Positions 1 to 13,464 of a stretch of DNA of 64,000 bases are shown here, piece by piece (within the stretch, counting starts at the first letter, position 1; every line of letters begins with the position of its first letter). The stretch is from Mytilus edulis. Taxonomy: Eukaryota. Below the pieces are notes generated by a model. It was not told the origin of the DNA, searched no databases, and was given only the letters and a program-made list of their open reading frames with translations. Location: the NCBI RefSeq assembly GCF_963676685.1, contig NC_092346.1:6572001-6636000 (forward strand), given 5' to 3'. The position numbers and the translations under genes were made by a program.

Positions 1-373
1 GCACATACATGGAACTATAGGGAACTATATTTCAGTGTGAATACATTTAGTAATAGTAGCTAACCTGTCATGTTGTTAGGGAGGCCAGTGCCTAAGTAAA
101 GATGTAGAACAAGTTTTAATCTTTCCAAAAACCCATAACTCAGAAATATATAATATTAAATTTATAAAAAATAAATGTCAATAGATATAAACCATATACC
201 AAAATTTCCCACTTACTGTCTGACATGTCGAAGACGGAGGGACAGACGGACAGACAAAGGTATACCATACATGTAATACCCCCAGTAAAGGGGCATAAAA
301 AATTAACTTCTACTTAGTTTTTATACCAATGAGAAATTATAGGTGGCTCTGTTTCCACAAAATGGAGGCTTAA

Positions 374-762
374 GGATGTTTGCTTGTCATGTTTTGGAAT
401 TTTTGGCAGATTTTCAAAATCTTCTGGTTTTATCCATTTAATTGCCTTAAAAAAATTTGCCCATGAACCCCTATTTTTCTTTTTATAAATCTTTTACATG
501 TATAATTATAAGCCATTTGAAAAAGTCTTATAAAATCTAATTTATTTTTTAATAGTGTTTGGGAACTTTAACTGGTCAATGATAAAGCTGTAAAAAATCA
601 AGAGAGGACATTTTCCCGCCAAAATTCTGATGGCTTATATCTCGAAAAACAAGCACATTGACCCCTATGTTTTTCTTGTTTTTTTTATTCCTCAATTAAT
701 CCCCTATCAATATACTAGTTTTATGGAAAGTTATTTATTTTGAAACTGAGCAGCAAACATCC
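374..762. mobile_element. Kolobok-like MITE
   Basis: TTAA|GGATGTTTGCT...AGCAAACATCC|TTAA. Confidence 0.75.
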
Positions 763-1001
763 TTAAAGTTTGAAGTGAGTTCTTTATATTTAAACACATT
801 TATGCCATGCCGCTATACATTACATTATTACATATCACATTGCAGACTGTTGTTAGTGATGATAAAAACAAATTCTTAATAGCAAAATGTTTATCAATTC
901 AGGAAAATACTCAGCTGAACAAAATTCAAACCTGTTTTCTCAAAATTTAATTATCTTCAAGTTTGATTAGCGTTTGTTGTAGACAGATTGATAATACCTA
1001 C

Positions 1002-1231
1002 CCCAGATATAATGTCCCATGCTATGTTGAAGTATGTAGTTCCTACTTTTACATCATGCAGGTGAGCCAAGTAGTTCCTGTAGTATTTAATTCTAGCCAA
1101 ATCGGCTCCTGGTGTGGTTTCGATGTCAGTAGGTAAACAGTCAAATCCACCATGAGGATGGGTTATATTAGTGAAGTTTCTAAGAAGTGTTATCATCAAT
1201 TGAATGTCAAATGTCTTGGAATCTGGAACAT
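1002..1231 (-). CDS. HEPN(DZIP3-like) family gene, copy A, second coding exon (gene continues beyond the left edge)
   Basis: CAG acceptor at 1234-1232, phase matches exon 1. DVPDSKTFDIQLMITLLRN...DLARIKYYRNYLAH...WDIISG with intact HEPN R-N-x3-H motif, GT donor at 1001. Same 230-nt length as paralog exon 28615-28844. Confidence 0.85.
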
Positions 1232-1899
1232 CTGAAAAAATAATAATTTCAACATTGATGACTGGTAGTTTAAGGTCACAATGTAATGTTTATTAACAGT
1301 CATAAAAAATTCTAATCTAATAATATTAATCTAGTTATGTTAATCTAGTTATGCAATAATCTTTCGGTGTTTAATCTACTTTTCTTGTGGTTTATATTGC
1401 TCTTTTATTCACTTTTCTTGAATCTACTATTCATACAGCAAGAATGTAAATTTATATCATAATACTCCAAGAAGACTGCGTCCCTAGAAAAGCATTTAGG
1501 CATAACAAAAATGCAGGGTTTATTGTGCAAGAATTGAAATTTGAAATTCTATAAGAACAGAAAATGTTTAAATATTTAGCCTACACACATTACAAAAGAT
1601 GCTTTCTAAATATTAAGTTACATTTTAGTATGTTCAGTAATACTAGCGAAATGTTTTTATTTTAATAAAACATATTGAAAAATTCAAATTTTGACACACA
1701 ACAGCTTTGTTTTCCCCCCTTCTTTATTAACATTGACTTTTTTTTAATGGTAAGAGCAGGGATTTCAAAATCTTTCCCAAACTGTGGTATCTTTAAATTT
1801 GTGACGGAGACAGTGTACTGTGGATTCATTTTTTTTTTCATGGTTGCCAATTTTCCTGGGTTGATGAAAATGTATATTATTGTGGATACTTGAATTAAT

Positions 1900-2232
1900 G
1901 AGATAACTGTATTGTATTTTAAGCTCCGACGGCATCAATTGGGGATTTGATGGTCGTAAATTAAGTTTACTGGTGACGTGTTAGCGGAGACAGTAAACGT
2001 GTATTTGCAACCATCAAATCCATAATTGATGCAGTCGGAGCTTAAAATACAATATTGTTATCACCATCCTAATGAAACTGACAGAAAACAACGTTAAAAC
2101 ATGCATTTAAAATCTGTCATATGCTGTCTGCGCTTGCGCTTACGTCCCATAGCATCAATTGTCAATTGATGCCATGTATAAAAGTGACGTTATCCAATCA
2201 AAATTAACGTTACAAACGTTGTTGCATTAGAA
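1900..2232. repeat. Fold-back repeat (~165-bp palindromic head); second copy at 2623-2815
   Basis: gagataac...ttttaagctccgacggcatcaatt...gatggtcg mirrored by ccatcaaat...aattgatgc..tcggagcttaaaa...gttatc. Confidence 0.75.
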
Positions 2233-2849
2233 CTATGCTTTTACTTATCAAGCTTATGTCTGCAAACCTATAGAATATTTGAACTTCATTGAACATTTAA
2301 ATTTTAGAATTACCAAAGAAATTAAAAAAAAATGGTATCTAACTGTGTTTACACAAATAATAACAATTCCACAGTATTCACATGAAAAATATGGCACAAT
2401 GCCAAATAAGTGCAAATTTACATAGCATAGTGTAGATATGAATGTTTTTAATAGTGGAACATATAATTTTTGACTTGATAAATTTCATTGTAGTATGTCC
2501 TAAATAAACTCCAAACTGCACGACTGTCTTAGTTACTGTGATTACCTTTCAATGAAGTGACACCCAAAAAATGTCTTTAAAAATATAACAGTAGCCAAGA
2601 ATATTTCATGTGCATATATTTAGGAGATAACTGTATTGTATTTTAAGCTCCGACGGCATCAATTGGGGATTTGATGGTCGCAAATTAAGTTTACTGGCGA
2701 CGTGTTAGCGGAGACAGTAAATAGGTATTTGCGACCATCAAATCCCCAATTGATGCCGTCAGAGCTTAAAATACAATATTGTTATCTCCATTCTAATGAA
2801 ACTGACAGAAAACAACAGTAGGTTATAAGATTTGGCTTTCTGTACTAAC

Positions 2850-3066
2850 CAGGATATCTTGGGAACATGTGATTCCATTGTGATTGGTTGATTCTGTGTT
2901 TGCTTTTTAAGTCCTTCAAGTTGCAATGCTCTTTTTTCAGTGAGGCATATAAACATGTTGGATCAAATTCACTATCGAAGAAAGTTCTAGCTGCCCGTGG
3001 AGAAATTCCTGTTAGTAACAAACTCATTCTAACATAGTTTTCTTCCTCTGTTGAAAGCGAGGCCAT
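2850..3066 (-). CDS. HEPN(DZIP3-like)-nSTAND3-ankyrin family gene, copy A, first coding exon
   Basis: ATG at 3066, MASLSTEEENYVRMSLLLTGISPRAARTFFDSEF...QWNHMFPRYP, GT donor at 2849. Collinear with the paralogous exon at 29973-30184. Confidence 0.85.
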
Positions 3067-3577
3067 CCTGTTGGATGTGCTCATCAGAGGAATGAACTGG
3101 TATAACAAAGTTATAGACTGGCTCCTTTGGCACAGGAGATTGGATGAGCATTAGCTGATATTTAATTAACAGATACTGATCTATAATTGGCTGTCATGAT
3201 GAAAACTGTCTAGATGAACTGCACCCTTTATGATGACATCTGACAAAAATCTGGAACTATTCCTGAAAAAGAATGTTTTGAAATTACTTAACTGATGGCT
3301 ATATGATCTCCTTCATAATTTTTAAGTCTTCTTTTAATGGAAGTAGCTGTATAGACCATACATAAGGAGGTCTTATCCCAAAATCCTCAGTTTATCTTTG
3401 CTTTATCTCTAATTTTTTCAATTTTAATTCAAAATGTGCCCTCTTTAGGTTTGTGGTATGAGTGATCACTGCCACAGTGACTGGCATTATTCTGTAAATG
3501 AATTGCTGACGGACCTTGTTTCATTCGGTATTGTTTCTGTGTAAAAATATCCTCTGGTTTATTGATTTTTAATTTAA

Positions 3578-6565
3578 GGGCATCCGATACAGTTTCTCGA
3601 TATAATGTCATTTTTATAATTTTGAAATATGTTGTAGGCCTTGGCGAGTTATAAAATAAAACACAAAATAAAACATAGGTTACCGTGCTTGTTTTCGAGA
3701 AAATTGAGGCTGAAAATTGGGGATTTGTGCAATTTTGTAAAAAAATTAGGTAATGTTATAAAATTTTTGGAGCAGATATTCTTCGTCGTAAATTATTAAG
3801 ATCGGGTTCAATCTGAAGCTGTGATAAGTGGCAATAAGGAAAAAAATAAATCACTATACGAATAACTATAAAATTATTCAAGTCTTGCTTGACATTGCGG
3901 ACCAGATGCTCAAAGTGGTATTTTTCTAAACCTAAAAAAATGGAAAAAAACTGTTTCTGAAAATGTCATTTTTATCATTTTTCTGCATAAACTGCATTTT
4001 GTCATGCTTTCTCTAAATCTCAAATAAAAAAATATAGGTCACCGTGCTGGATTCCATGATAATCACGATTTATCCTAAAAAATTGCGTCACCCCTTTGTA
4101 ACCTCAACGTTAGCGCTAAAGTGCATGACGTGGCTGGCAGACAATTTCGACGTTATCGCTTCAAATTACCGGCGATATTTTTCAGATGTATAAATGTTAC
4201 TTGTAAAGTACTATCTATAAATTGGTAACATTGTTTTCGGAAGTAAAATCATGTGAATAACAAATACCTCTCTGTGTTTGTGGTCTAAGTGAGAAACTTC
4301 TCAAGAAAAGTTATTACGGACTGTTGATTATTTTTTACTGCTTTCAAAAATTTAAGACTCGGCAATTTAGAACATGACATACAGGTACATTTACTGTACA
4401 CACTCGTATATTATTTCATACTGTATGATGACCTCTAGATGTTGTTCTTTGTTTTGTTTTGTTTGGTTGGCTGCTGTTTCATTACACATACTCCTTAATT
4501 AATATCCTTTAATTCACGTTTTTATCACTGAGAAAATCCGTTTTTGTTGATACGAATTTTAAAAAAGTTAGCGTCGTTTGGACAGTAATCAAATTTGCCG
4601 TTTCTTTTCTCGTTTGAGTTGTTTTACCTTGTCATTTCGGGACCTTGTATAGCTGACTATGCGGTATGGGCTTTGCTCATTGTTGAAGACCTATAGTTGT
4701 TAATTTCTGTGTCATGTTTGTCTCTTGATGAGAGTTGTCTAATTGGCAATTATACCACATCTTCTGTTTTATGTGGTCAGAAAACAGAAGCAAAATCTTA
4801 CAAAGGAGAATCTTCAATTTGCTAATGGATGCTTTTGTCCAGACAGAAAAACTATAATTTTGAAATTTTTGATTTGGCAAAAAATGACTGAATTAATAGC
4901 GAGAGGACTGGATATATTACGGTTAGTTGCAATTAAAATCATTCTCTCATAGCGTAATTTTATTGGTAAATAACTATATATATTTTTCACCACAGCGCGT
5001 ACATAAAATACCGCATGTCCATTCCCCTGTCTGTCCTTCCGGACTTCTGGTTAATCAGATTTTTCAAATGTACAATTCTTGCCAACTTTCTATAAAACTG
5101 ATATCGTATGGACACGTTCGAAAATCAGTGCATATCAACTATTCTTTAAAAGAGTTATGCCATTCGGAAATATTAATTATATTGAAAATTGCATTGTATT
5201 TTCTGTCATTCCGTCATTTCTATAATATATCTATAAAAAAAAATAAAGAAAAAATAAACAGCTGCGCTAAGAGCGCATGATACGCCCTTCGTCTCATGAA
5301 AAAAAAAACCAACATAATATATGTTTTTAAAATATAACACGGGGGTTGTACGGAAGTCATGCTAGGTATATCCTGACTCATTCATTATTCTTGCTCAATA
5401 ATAAGTTTATATATCACAACATGTTTTATATGATCCCCAAATTGAAGCTCAATAAAAATTCAAGAACTCAAAAATGAATTAAAGAATCATCACAAAAAAG
5501 TATACAGATCTTAAGAATAATTTAACTAAAAAGTATGTGAAGTTCTATGCAATTATTATAGATAGTTTCTGAGATACGGCGCGACATGTGAACCCCCAGC
5601 CCCTTTTTGTCATAAACTCAATAACTCTAAAATCAAATTCTGAATCATTCTCAAAAGTATATACAAGTTCTTCAGAATTATATAACTAAGAAGTGCGTAA
5701 AGTTTAGAGCAATAGTCATAAAACGTTTTCTAGATGCAGCGCAAACTGTAAAAAAACCTGTTCTAGTTACAAAGTCCTGTAACTTATAAAGTTCACCAAA
5801 AATGATACAGACCGTTTGACCATCATGACTGAAAAAAACAACCATGTTCAGTTTAATGATAATATGATGTACCATATTTACGACGGACAGACGGACGCGG
5901 GCATTTCTATACCATTTTACGTCCCGTAAATTTTTTTACGGGTGCATAAACATATTGTTTGCTATTGCCTTTTGTTAGATAAACTACGTGCAACGTGGAG
6001 GAAATAGAAACTTTATTCTTTTATAAAAGTTGTATCATATTGTTTGTATTAGCGGCAGTCCATTATTTTTTGTTTACATAAATAAATTAAATAAATTTTT
6101 CAGAAAGGAAATTGACTTCTTCGTGTACATACATTTTCGGTATTAGTTTTTAAATATCATTGGTTTTCTGTGCTGTAATAAAAAATCGGATCCGGACCAA
6201 ATCCGATGCATGATAATAAAATTTTAATTGACATGCATGATATTAGGAACACCAAAAGGGTCAGTCGTCTTGAGATTGCTCACTATACGATATTTGTTGA
6301 AGATCTCAAGGAAACAGTAATGTGTTTTATTTCTTATTATGTTATTAGACTGTTATCCTGGTATAATCAAATGCACTGACTAATATTAATGGCGTAGAAA
6401 TTAGCATGCGGGAGAAACAGAAATTGGAGCATGGAAATTCCACATTACGTTTCGTATTACGGAAAATGACACGCATTACGTCCCGCAAAAAGTGACGTTT
6501 TGCGGGAATTCAAACGCTTAACGTCGCGCCAAGAGTTAACTCCCTTGAAACTGTATCGGATGCCC
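3578..6565. mobile_element. Non-autonomous TIR DNA transposon, Kolobok-like (3.0 kb, with nested repeats)
   Basis: 19-bp perfect TIR GGGCATCCGATACAGTTTC / GAAACTGTATCGGATGCCC, TTAA on both sides. Confidence 0.8.
5257..5950 (+). mobile_element. HINE-like element nested in the Kolobok-like transposon
   Basis: 5' palindrome gcgctaagagcgc, GACGGACAGACGGACG microsatellite, 3' hairpin cccgtaaa-tt-tttacggg. Confidence 0.55.
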
Positions 6566-8165
6566 TTAATGCTTTATTACATTTATAACTTTGATCAAGA
6601 TGTACAAAATTATCTTTGGAGTAATCCATAGACTATAAACCACAGCACACACAATGTTTGACAAAATAGAAAATAAAACACAAACTTTATACAAGATACC
6701 CTAAGGATCATTCGGCTCAAGTTTGGTTAGAATTGGTTAAGTAAGTAAGTAAGTTATGAAGTTATATAAAGAGGGTGACTCAATTACCATTCACTTTGAG
6801 GTCCTCACTAAGAACAAACAGTAAAAATATTATAAAGCTTAAAGTTTTTAACATATTTACAGATGCAATATTTATGCTAACTATACATGGTTTGTAGAAC
6901 AAGAGAAAATTTAATCACATATATAATCATAAAATACAAAATCATTAGAATATATATATTTATATGAGTGAGTAAATTGTTATAAATCATTAACAGTAAA
7001 GAAATCTACACATCTTTGTTTAAAAGTGTCAAGGTTTTCACAACATTTTATTTCAATTGGTAGTTTATCTCAAAGTATTGAGGAGCTATATCATGTATAT
7101 GCAAATGATTTCTTCATTGAATGTTTTTGGTCGCACAACAGCCAAATTATTATTTGCAGATGACCAAATATTTTTCCTATGTAGGCTAACAATTGGACAA
7201 CAGAGAACCTTTTATGAACAAGAAATTATAAGTTATGAAATTAAATTATAGATTTGAAATATAACCACTTTAGATCTAGGTATTAGTATTGGTGCATCAG
7301 GTATAATCCTTGCAGCTCTTTTCTTGATTTTAAGAATTTTTTAGAAGAGATTTCTTAAAAATTAGAAAACATGATAAACAAATATTTAAAATAGTCCTTA
7401 AAGGGCTATAACTCCTTAATGGGTCAATTGATAATTTTGACCATATAAATTCCACGAATTTAAAGAATTTGCAAAAAATGCTCCTCTGGCTGTGTTGAAG
7501 ATGAAATACATTTTTTAACTTCATGTGAAAAATTTGAGTCTGATAGGGATGATCTCTTTGATTTTGTTTGCCATAATATACCGAATTTTATTTTACTAAA
7601 CAATCAAGATTCGGATATTTTGACGAATCACAGTAAAATTAATCAATTTGACGCTAAATGTAGCCGAAAATGGCTGTTTGACGCCTGACGGTAAAGGGCA
7701 TTACTACCCTCCTATATGGTATGCGTTTTCTCATTATTGAAAGCCATAGAGTTGCAAATAGTTACAACTGGTTACATCCACTACATTGAAATTTGGAGGA
7801 TAGTTGTCTCACATCTCCTTGTTTTTATTTACTGGATTTTTTTATTTTTGCTGGGCAATATTTTCATTCCTACAGGTGCAAAGAGGTTTGAGATTTCCCC
7901 AAAAGTAGTGATATGAACAATGAGGGGGGATAGAACCTTGATCGGGACTCCAGAATCAGGTGTTTTTAAGCTTGGGATTTTGGGATTGACCCTTTTGGGA
8001 TCCAGGAGTTCTTTTTCAAATTTCGGGATGTCAGGATTTAAATTTATTTAACTTCGGGACCTCGGGATTTCATGTTAATAAGCCCAGGATTTCGGGATCA
8101 GGACTCCTCCTACCTCCTTTAACAATAGATAGAGGAAGGTTCATTGACTGATACAATTAGATCTA

Positions 8166-8308
8166 CAGTGGCGGATCCAGCCATTTTAAAAAGAGGGGTT
8201 CCCAACCCAGAGTAAAGGGGGGGTTCCAACTATAGGCTCCCATTCAAATGCATTGATCGGCCAAAAAAAAGGTTCCAACCCCCCGAACCCCCCCTGGATC
8301 CGCCACCG
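8166..8308. mobile_element. Short TIR element (CAGTGGCGGATCCAG ends, hAT-like)
   Basis: CAGTGGCGGATCCAG ... CTGGATCCGCCACCG; no clean TSD. Confidence 0.55.
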
Positions 8309-10512
8309 ATCTATATGACCTGGGAACAGAATAATTGGGGTGGGGGGTCAATCCCAATCTTAATCCCAATCCCAGACTTAAAAACATGAAATCCTGAGAT
8401 CTGAATTTAAAAATTAATTCTGACTCAGCCATTTGAACTTTTGATGCATACAACAATCACTTTTCCATTGGGGCGTCAGATATTTTGTTTTATGATGTCA
8501 AAATTTTATGGGGAACCTGTGTGATATTCAGTAATGGCAGACAAATAGCGATAAAATGTTTTATTTGGACTAGGGGTCAGTAGTTAACCGTATATAACGA
8601 ATTAATCGCAAACTGGATTTTTTCTGCTGCGTTTTGTTGTAAAATATACAATGAAACACAACAACATAAATAGATGACGTCACCATTAACGCATCATGAA
8701 CCCCCTTATGAAATTTACTAACCCCCTACGGTCTCATAGGGGGTCCCCACGTGACGGCTTTAAACCAATCACAATGTGATAATTTACCAGCAGTGCGATT
8801 GTAAAGCTAAATATTGTCCTCTGAAATATTGTACCACAAGACAATATTTCATAACTATGTATCATGAAATATTGTCCTTGTCTATGGAAAAATGTCCAGA
8901 GAAGGACAAATTTTCATAGTGAAATTTTGTCTGTATATAGACAATTTATTTCACAGATGAAAACTGTTGAACTTTGTCTTGTTAAAGGGAGGTTATATTT
9001 TGTGTGAATTGAGACAATATTTCACAGATGTATATTATGAAACTTTGTCCTGTTAGAGGGAGGTTATATTTTGTAAGTATTAAAACAATATTTCATACAG
9101 ATTGCATTGTCATGGAATTTTGTCACATGAAGGGGAGTTTATCAACATATATTCATGTTAGAGATTTTCTATAGGAATTTTTATGTATATATTTACAAAA
9201 TAAGTAATTGTCAGTATATTACTTATATTTGTTCAGTATAATGTAATATAATACAATGAAACATGCGATGGAGAGTTGTCTCATTGCCATTCATACCACA
9301 TCTTCCTTTATCTATTTGACAATTCTTTATTCTATAACATGTATTAATTCATTTGTAAAGTATCTATGCAAATTTGAAACTCACTATAAGTAATAATATA
9401 CATTCCTTACAAAACCATTTTAGTTATAAATGTAGAAATGTGCATGATGCATGCTTGTGTACTATTTCTAATTGTGTAAAAAATTCGATTAAAAAAGATT
9501 TTCAAAGCCAGAATTAATCAGTATTTCATAGTGAAGTATTGTCATGAACAGAATTTCATAGTGAAATATTGTCCAGAAGGAGGTGACAAAATTTCATGGA
9601 CAAGGACACTATATATAATCATAATAAAATATTGTCATATGAAATATCCGACAGACAATTTTTCATGGAGGACAATATTTTATGTTACACGATAACAACG
9701 TACAATCAAGGATTTGTATACTATACAAATCCTTGGTACAATATATATTTACTGACTGACAACAGTCTTTTTTATTTACACAGGTTGGACTTTGAACAAA
9801 TAAAAAAAAATCACTACGCTACAAAGGGTCTTCAAAGGTTATGATGAACCTTAAACCTACCAGAGCGTCTCCATTTCAATTTAAAATTATTTTGATAATT
9901 CCTTGAGACTCAGTGTTTTGTTAAAGTTCTCAAAAATATTATATAATCAATCAAACGACCTGGATAACGACATGTTTATTGTTACATAACATACGGGCCG
10001 TTACATAACATTTGATTTCCTCCTTTGTTTCGTCTCTGATCAAAATACCGAAAAGTAATAACAGACTACAATGCAACGTCACGATACCCAAATTACAGAG
10101 TACCCAAATTGCACTTTAATATTTAGCAAAAATAGCAGCAGACCGGCGATGGCGGAGTTAAAGTTATTATTCTTTTTTTCTAGAACAGTTACACCTTATC
10201 TTATTAATCAATTTAACTATTGTCAGTTTATTGTCTTAATTTTGTATGTCATAACCATTTAATGTAAAATAAATGTGTTTGTGCGAATAAAATATTGTCT
10301 ATTGTCTATATTGTCTATTGTCTATTTATTCTTTTTCTTTCTTTCAGAGACATCACTATTTTGTCCTTTGTTTGCATGTTTATATTTATTATGATTTTCA
10401 AGATATCAGAAAAAACCTGGTTTAAACAAAATTAAACATGAAACAAAGTCTCAGTTGGCCGGAGCAGCAGCAGTAGTTGGTCCGTAAAAAAGTCTGTTGT
10501 AGATAAAGTTGT

Positions 10513-10754
10513 TCTTCATCCTGTTGTTATAGGCTCTAGCATACTGATTGATCACTGCACTCAAGTTTTGTAAATTTCTGTGCTCCTATGAATATGCAAT
10601 AATATTAATGCAAGACCATTGAGTTTATCGCTTGTCATGGTTGATCGCAAATAGGTCTTAAGAGTTTGAGAGAGCTGAAAGACCTTTCACATTCTTTAAT
10701 TGTAACTGGTAGTATACATGAAATTTTAAGAAGCGCAAAAATGTTCGGATAAAA
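10513..10754 (-). pseudogene. hAT transposase C-terminal dimerisation-domain remnant
   Basis: Minus strand FYPNIFALLKISCILPVTIKECERSFSSLK (frameshift) KTYLRSTMTSDKLNGLAL..LHIH. Confidence 0.7.
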
Positions 10755-10949
10755 TCGGATAAAATCCCCAGTATTCTTATAGGAGTTTTTTTTTTACAAC
10801 TGAGTCTTATTCTCATTACAGGGTCGGCAGTGAAATTAAAGAAGATAAAGCCTTTAAGAACACAGTTCTTTCATCGGGATAGTTCTTACAATTGGCTTTC
10901 TTAGATATTGTTGCCACCTCTGAAGTCTTCTAATGACGCCCTTGAAAAC

Positions 10950-11915
10950 TCAGTACCAGAATCTATGACAAACGAGACGATTTTAATTTTTAAATTATCA
11001 ATAACCCCCACCTTAGGAGCAATATACCAACTTCACTAAGCTCACTTGTATATCCGATATATACTTCCAAACTTATTCGGTATTCAAGAGCTTGCAGTTG
11101 CTACTCAGACTTTGTTAAACGTAATTAGTGTCTGATCAGAAAATTGACAAACCAGGGGTAAGTCAAAGAACGTCTCGTCCTTTTTCTAGAAAAAAAATAT
11201 CGCCGGTACCAAGATTGTTTTGATAAATATTCTGTATCAACCTCACAAATAATACACGATGGTCTTGACGTAAAGATTCTGGGTACCAACATTATTTATT
11301 ATCTTAATAACGTGTTATAGTATTCTTTTATTTGTCTTTTTGAATATTACTTTTATTGTTTAGTCTGTTTTTGGTGCTATCCATTTGACGTGGTTCTGTA
11401 CTTATACTATGATACATCCCGTCATTGGGTTATTGTGCTATGGTTAATTGTGTATTCTGGTGTTTCATTTTAGCGTACATGCTTTGTCTATATGTATTTG
11501 TTTCTTTGTTACATACTTTTTGATTTTATAGAGATTAAGACTATGACACAATGTTGACTGATGTATCCATATTTTGACATGTTTACCAATAATGTCTGTT
11601 TGTTTTGATTACAGATCGATTTTACGTTTTCAATATAATAGAATTTTATGCGACTGTCATATAAGTGAGAGGTTTATGTTGCTATAAAACCAGGTTTAAT
11701 CCTCCATTTTCTACATAAGGAAATGCCTTTATCAAGTCAGGAATAAGACAGTTGTTTGATGTGTTTGAGCTTTTGATTTTGTCACTTGATTATAAGAAAC
11801 TCTTCATTTTAAATTTTCCTCGGAGTATTTTTCGTGGTTTAACATTTTTCTCAGTTGTCAGTTTATTTTAGATCTATGAATTTGAAAGTCCCCCTCGTAT
11901 CTTTCGCCCCTTTTT
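10950..11915 (+). mobile_element. Degenerate fragment of the same Penelope family as 58.5-60.1 kb
   Basis: ctcagtaccagaatctatgacaaacgagacgattttaatttt matches ~58850-58890; similarity continues through the RT 3' end. Confidence 0.75.
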
Positions 11916-12191
11916 TACTATAACTCACATGTAAAAACTTTCAAATATTTTTTTTATGCATATTTACATCATGTAAGACTACCATGACTATCGTGGTAAT
12001 AGTTGTCATCAGCCAAGGCCTCTATGACTTTAATTTGAACTGCTCTCTCCAACAAAAAACTTTAGAATGACTTTTATAATTGTTCTCAATATTAATTATT
12101 CTCAATCGATTTATGAATTGCGAACAGCGGTATACTACTGTTGCCTTTATTTATAATATTCTTATTGGAATTTTTCACACCAATAAATATA

Positions 12192-12503
12192 GAAAAGAAG
12201 ATGTGGTATGATTACCAATGAGACAACTGTCCACAAGAGACCAAAATAACACAGACATTAACAACTATATGTCACCGTAAGGCCTTCAACAATGAGCAAA
12301 GCCCATACCGCATAGTCAGCTATAAAAGGCCCCGATATGACAATGTAAAACAATTCAAACGAGAAAACAAACGGCCTATTTGTGTACAAAAAATGAATAA
12401 AAACAAATATGTAACACATAAACAAACGACAACCAATGAATTACAGGCTCCTGACTTGGGACAGGCACATACATAGATAATGGGGCGGGGTTAAACATGT
12501 TAG
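12192..12503 (-). repeat. Distal 3' tail of the Penelope-like element / high-copy dispersed repeat
   Basis: gaagatgtggtatgatt(a/g)ccaatgagacaact...acaggctcctgacttgggacagg motif; related pieces at ~4600-4765, 29320-29450, 42955-43262 and 43895-44200. Confidence 0.7.
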
Positions 12504-13276
12504 TTGATGCAAACGTTCCGAGAGGCCACGAGGAGACCTTTCGGATACCTTCTGGTGGATCTGAAGGCCGCTACATCCGAACACTTGAGATTACGTAGCG
12601 ACGTCTTGGGCGGAGGCGAGGACGACGCCGAAGCCGAGGACGAAGACGTCGATTCCACCGGAAGCGAATCGAACACCATGGAACTCGGGGAAGAAGACGT
12701 CGGAAGCGAATTGGACCTGATGGCTTGCCGCGCATGCGGACTGGTATTTGCGCACGCCCGGGGACTCGAGATCCATCAAGAGAGGGACTGTGGCGACGAA
12801 CCATCCGCCAAACGATGCAGAACGGAAGACGACGGCGTGGAGGGAACCTACGTATACGAACTGGAGTGTTATCTCGAAGACCTGCCGGCAACCGTGTGTT
12901 GTATCGATGAACTGCCGGATGAAGTTTCGAACAGGCCCCGCAGTTTCGTCGTCAACACGGACGACTGCGACGGCAAGGGCATTCACTGGGTGGCGTTCCA
13001 CTTCCCGCGAGAGGGACCCGTCGAATTTTTCGATTCGTTCGGACGTTCTCCGGAGTATTACCTTCGTCGCTTCAGGAACGTGCTCATCGCCAATGGACCT
13101 AAATACAGATTCAGTACGACTCAAGTGCAACCGGGATCATCCGATACGTGCGGACTCTATTGTGTACATTTCGTGAAGATGAGACATAGAACCATTAGCA
13201 TGGAAGACATTGTGAAAGATTTTCGTCTAGAGACTTGATGAGTAACGACGACAAACTGCTTGCATTGTACGAATGA
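12504..13276 (+). pseudogene. Packaging ATPase C-terminus + acidic linker + CxxC/H zinc finger + adenain-like cysteine protease (fusion ORF, 3' part)
   Basis: ATRRPFGYLLVDLK (Polinton ATPase C-terminal motif), CRAC...H...C, NTD..GIHW..FFDSFG..VQ..TCGLYC. A 1-nt deletion near 13222 shifts the end; the true stop is 13274-13276 by comparison with the copy ending at 19501. Confidence 0.85.
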
Positions 13277-13464
13277 ATGTAATAAATATATATGAAACTG
13301 ACATCTGCGTTGGTATTTTTTCTATTTGCCCCGAACACGATACGATTAATCGGTGATTGATGTTCACATCATGAAGAGTTGCTTCCCTTTTTTGTATCAG
13401 AGTTCCTCGATACGATCACGTGACCTTGCCTCGTTGAATTGTCACTCCACGAGAGATATATATA

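Noticed and set aside
8800-9690. Region with many aatattgtc/gacaatatt motifs, possibly a TIR element
   Set aside because: Probably a decayed transposon, but the left terminus and TSD could not be defined.
12571-13176. Overlapping ORFs 12571..12891(-), 12591..13130(-), 12725..12910(+), 12748..13176(+)
   Set aside because: Shadow frames of the GC-rich protease gene; no recognisable motifs.
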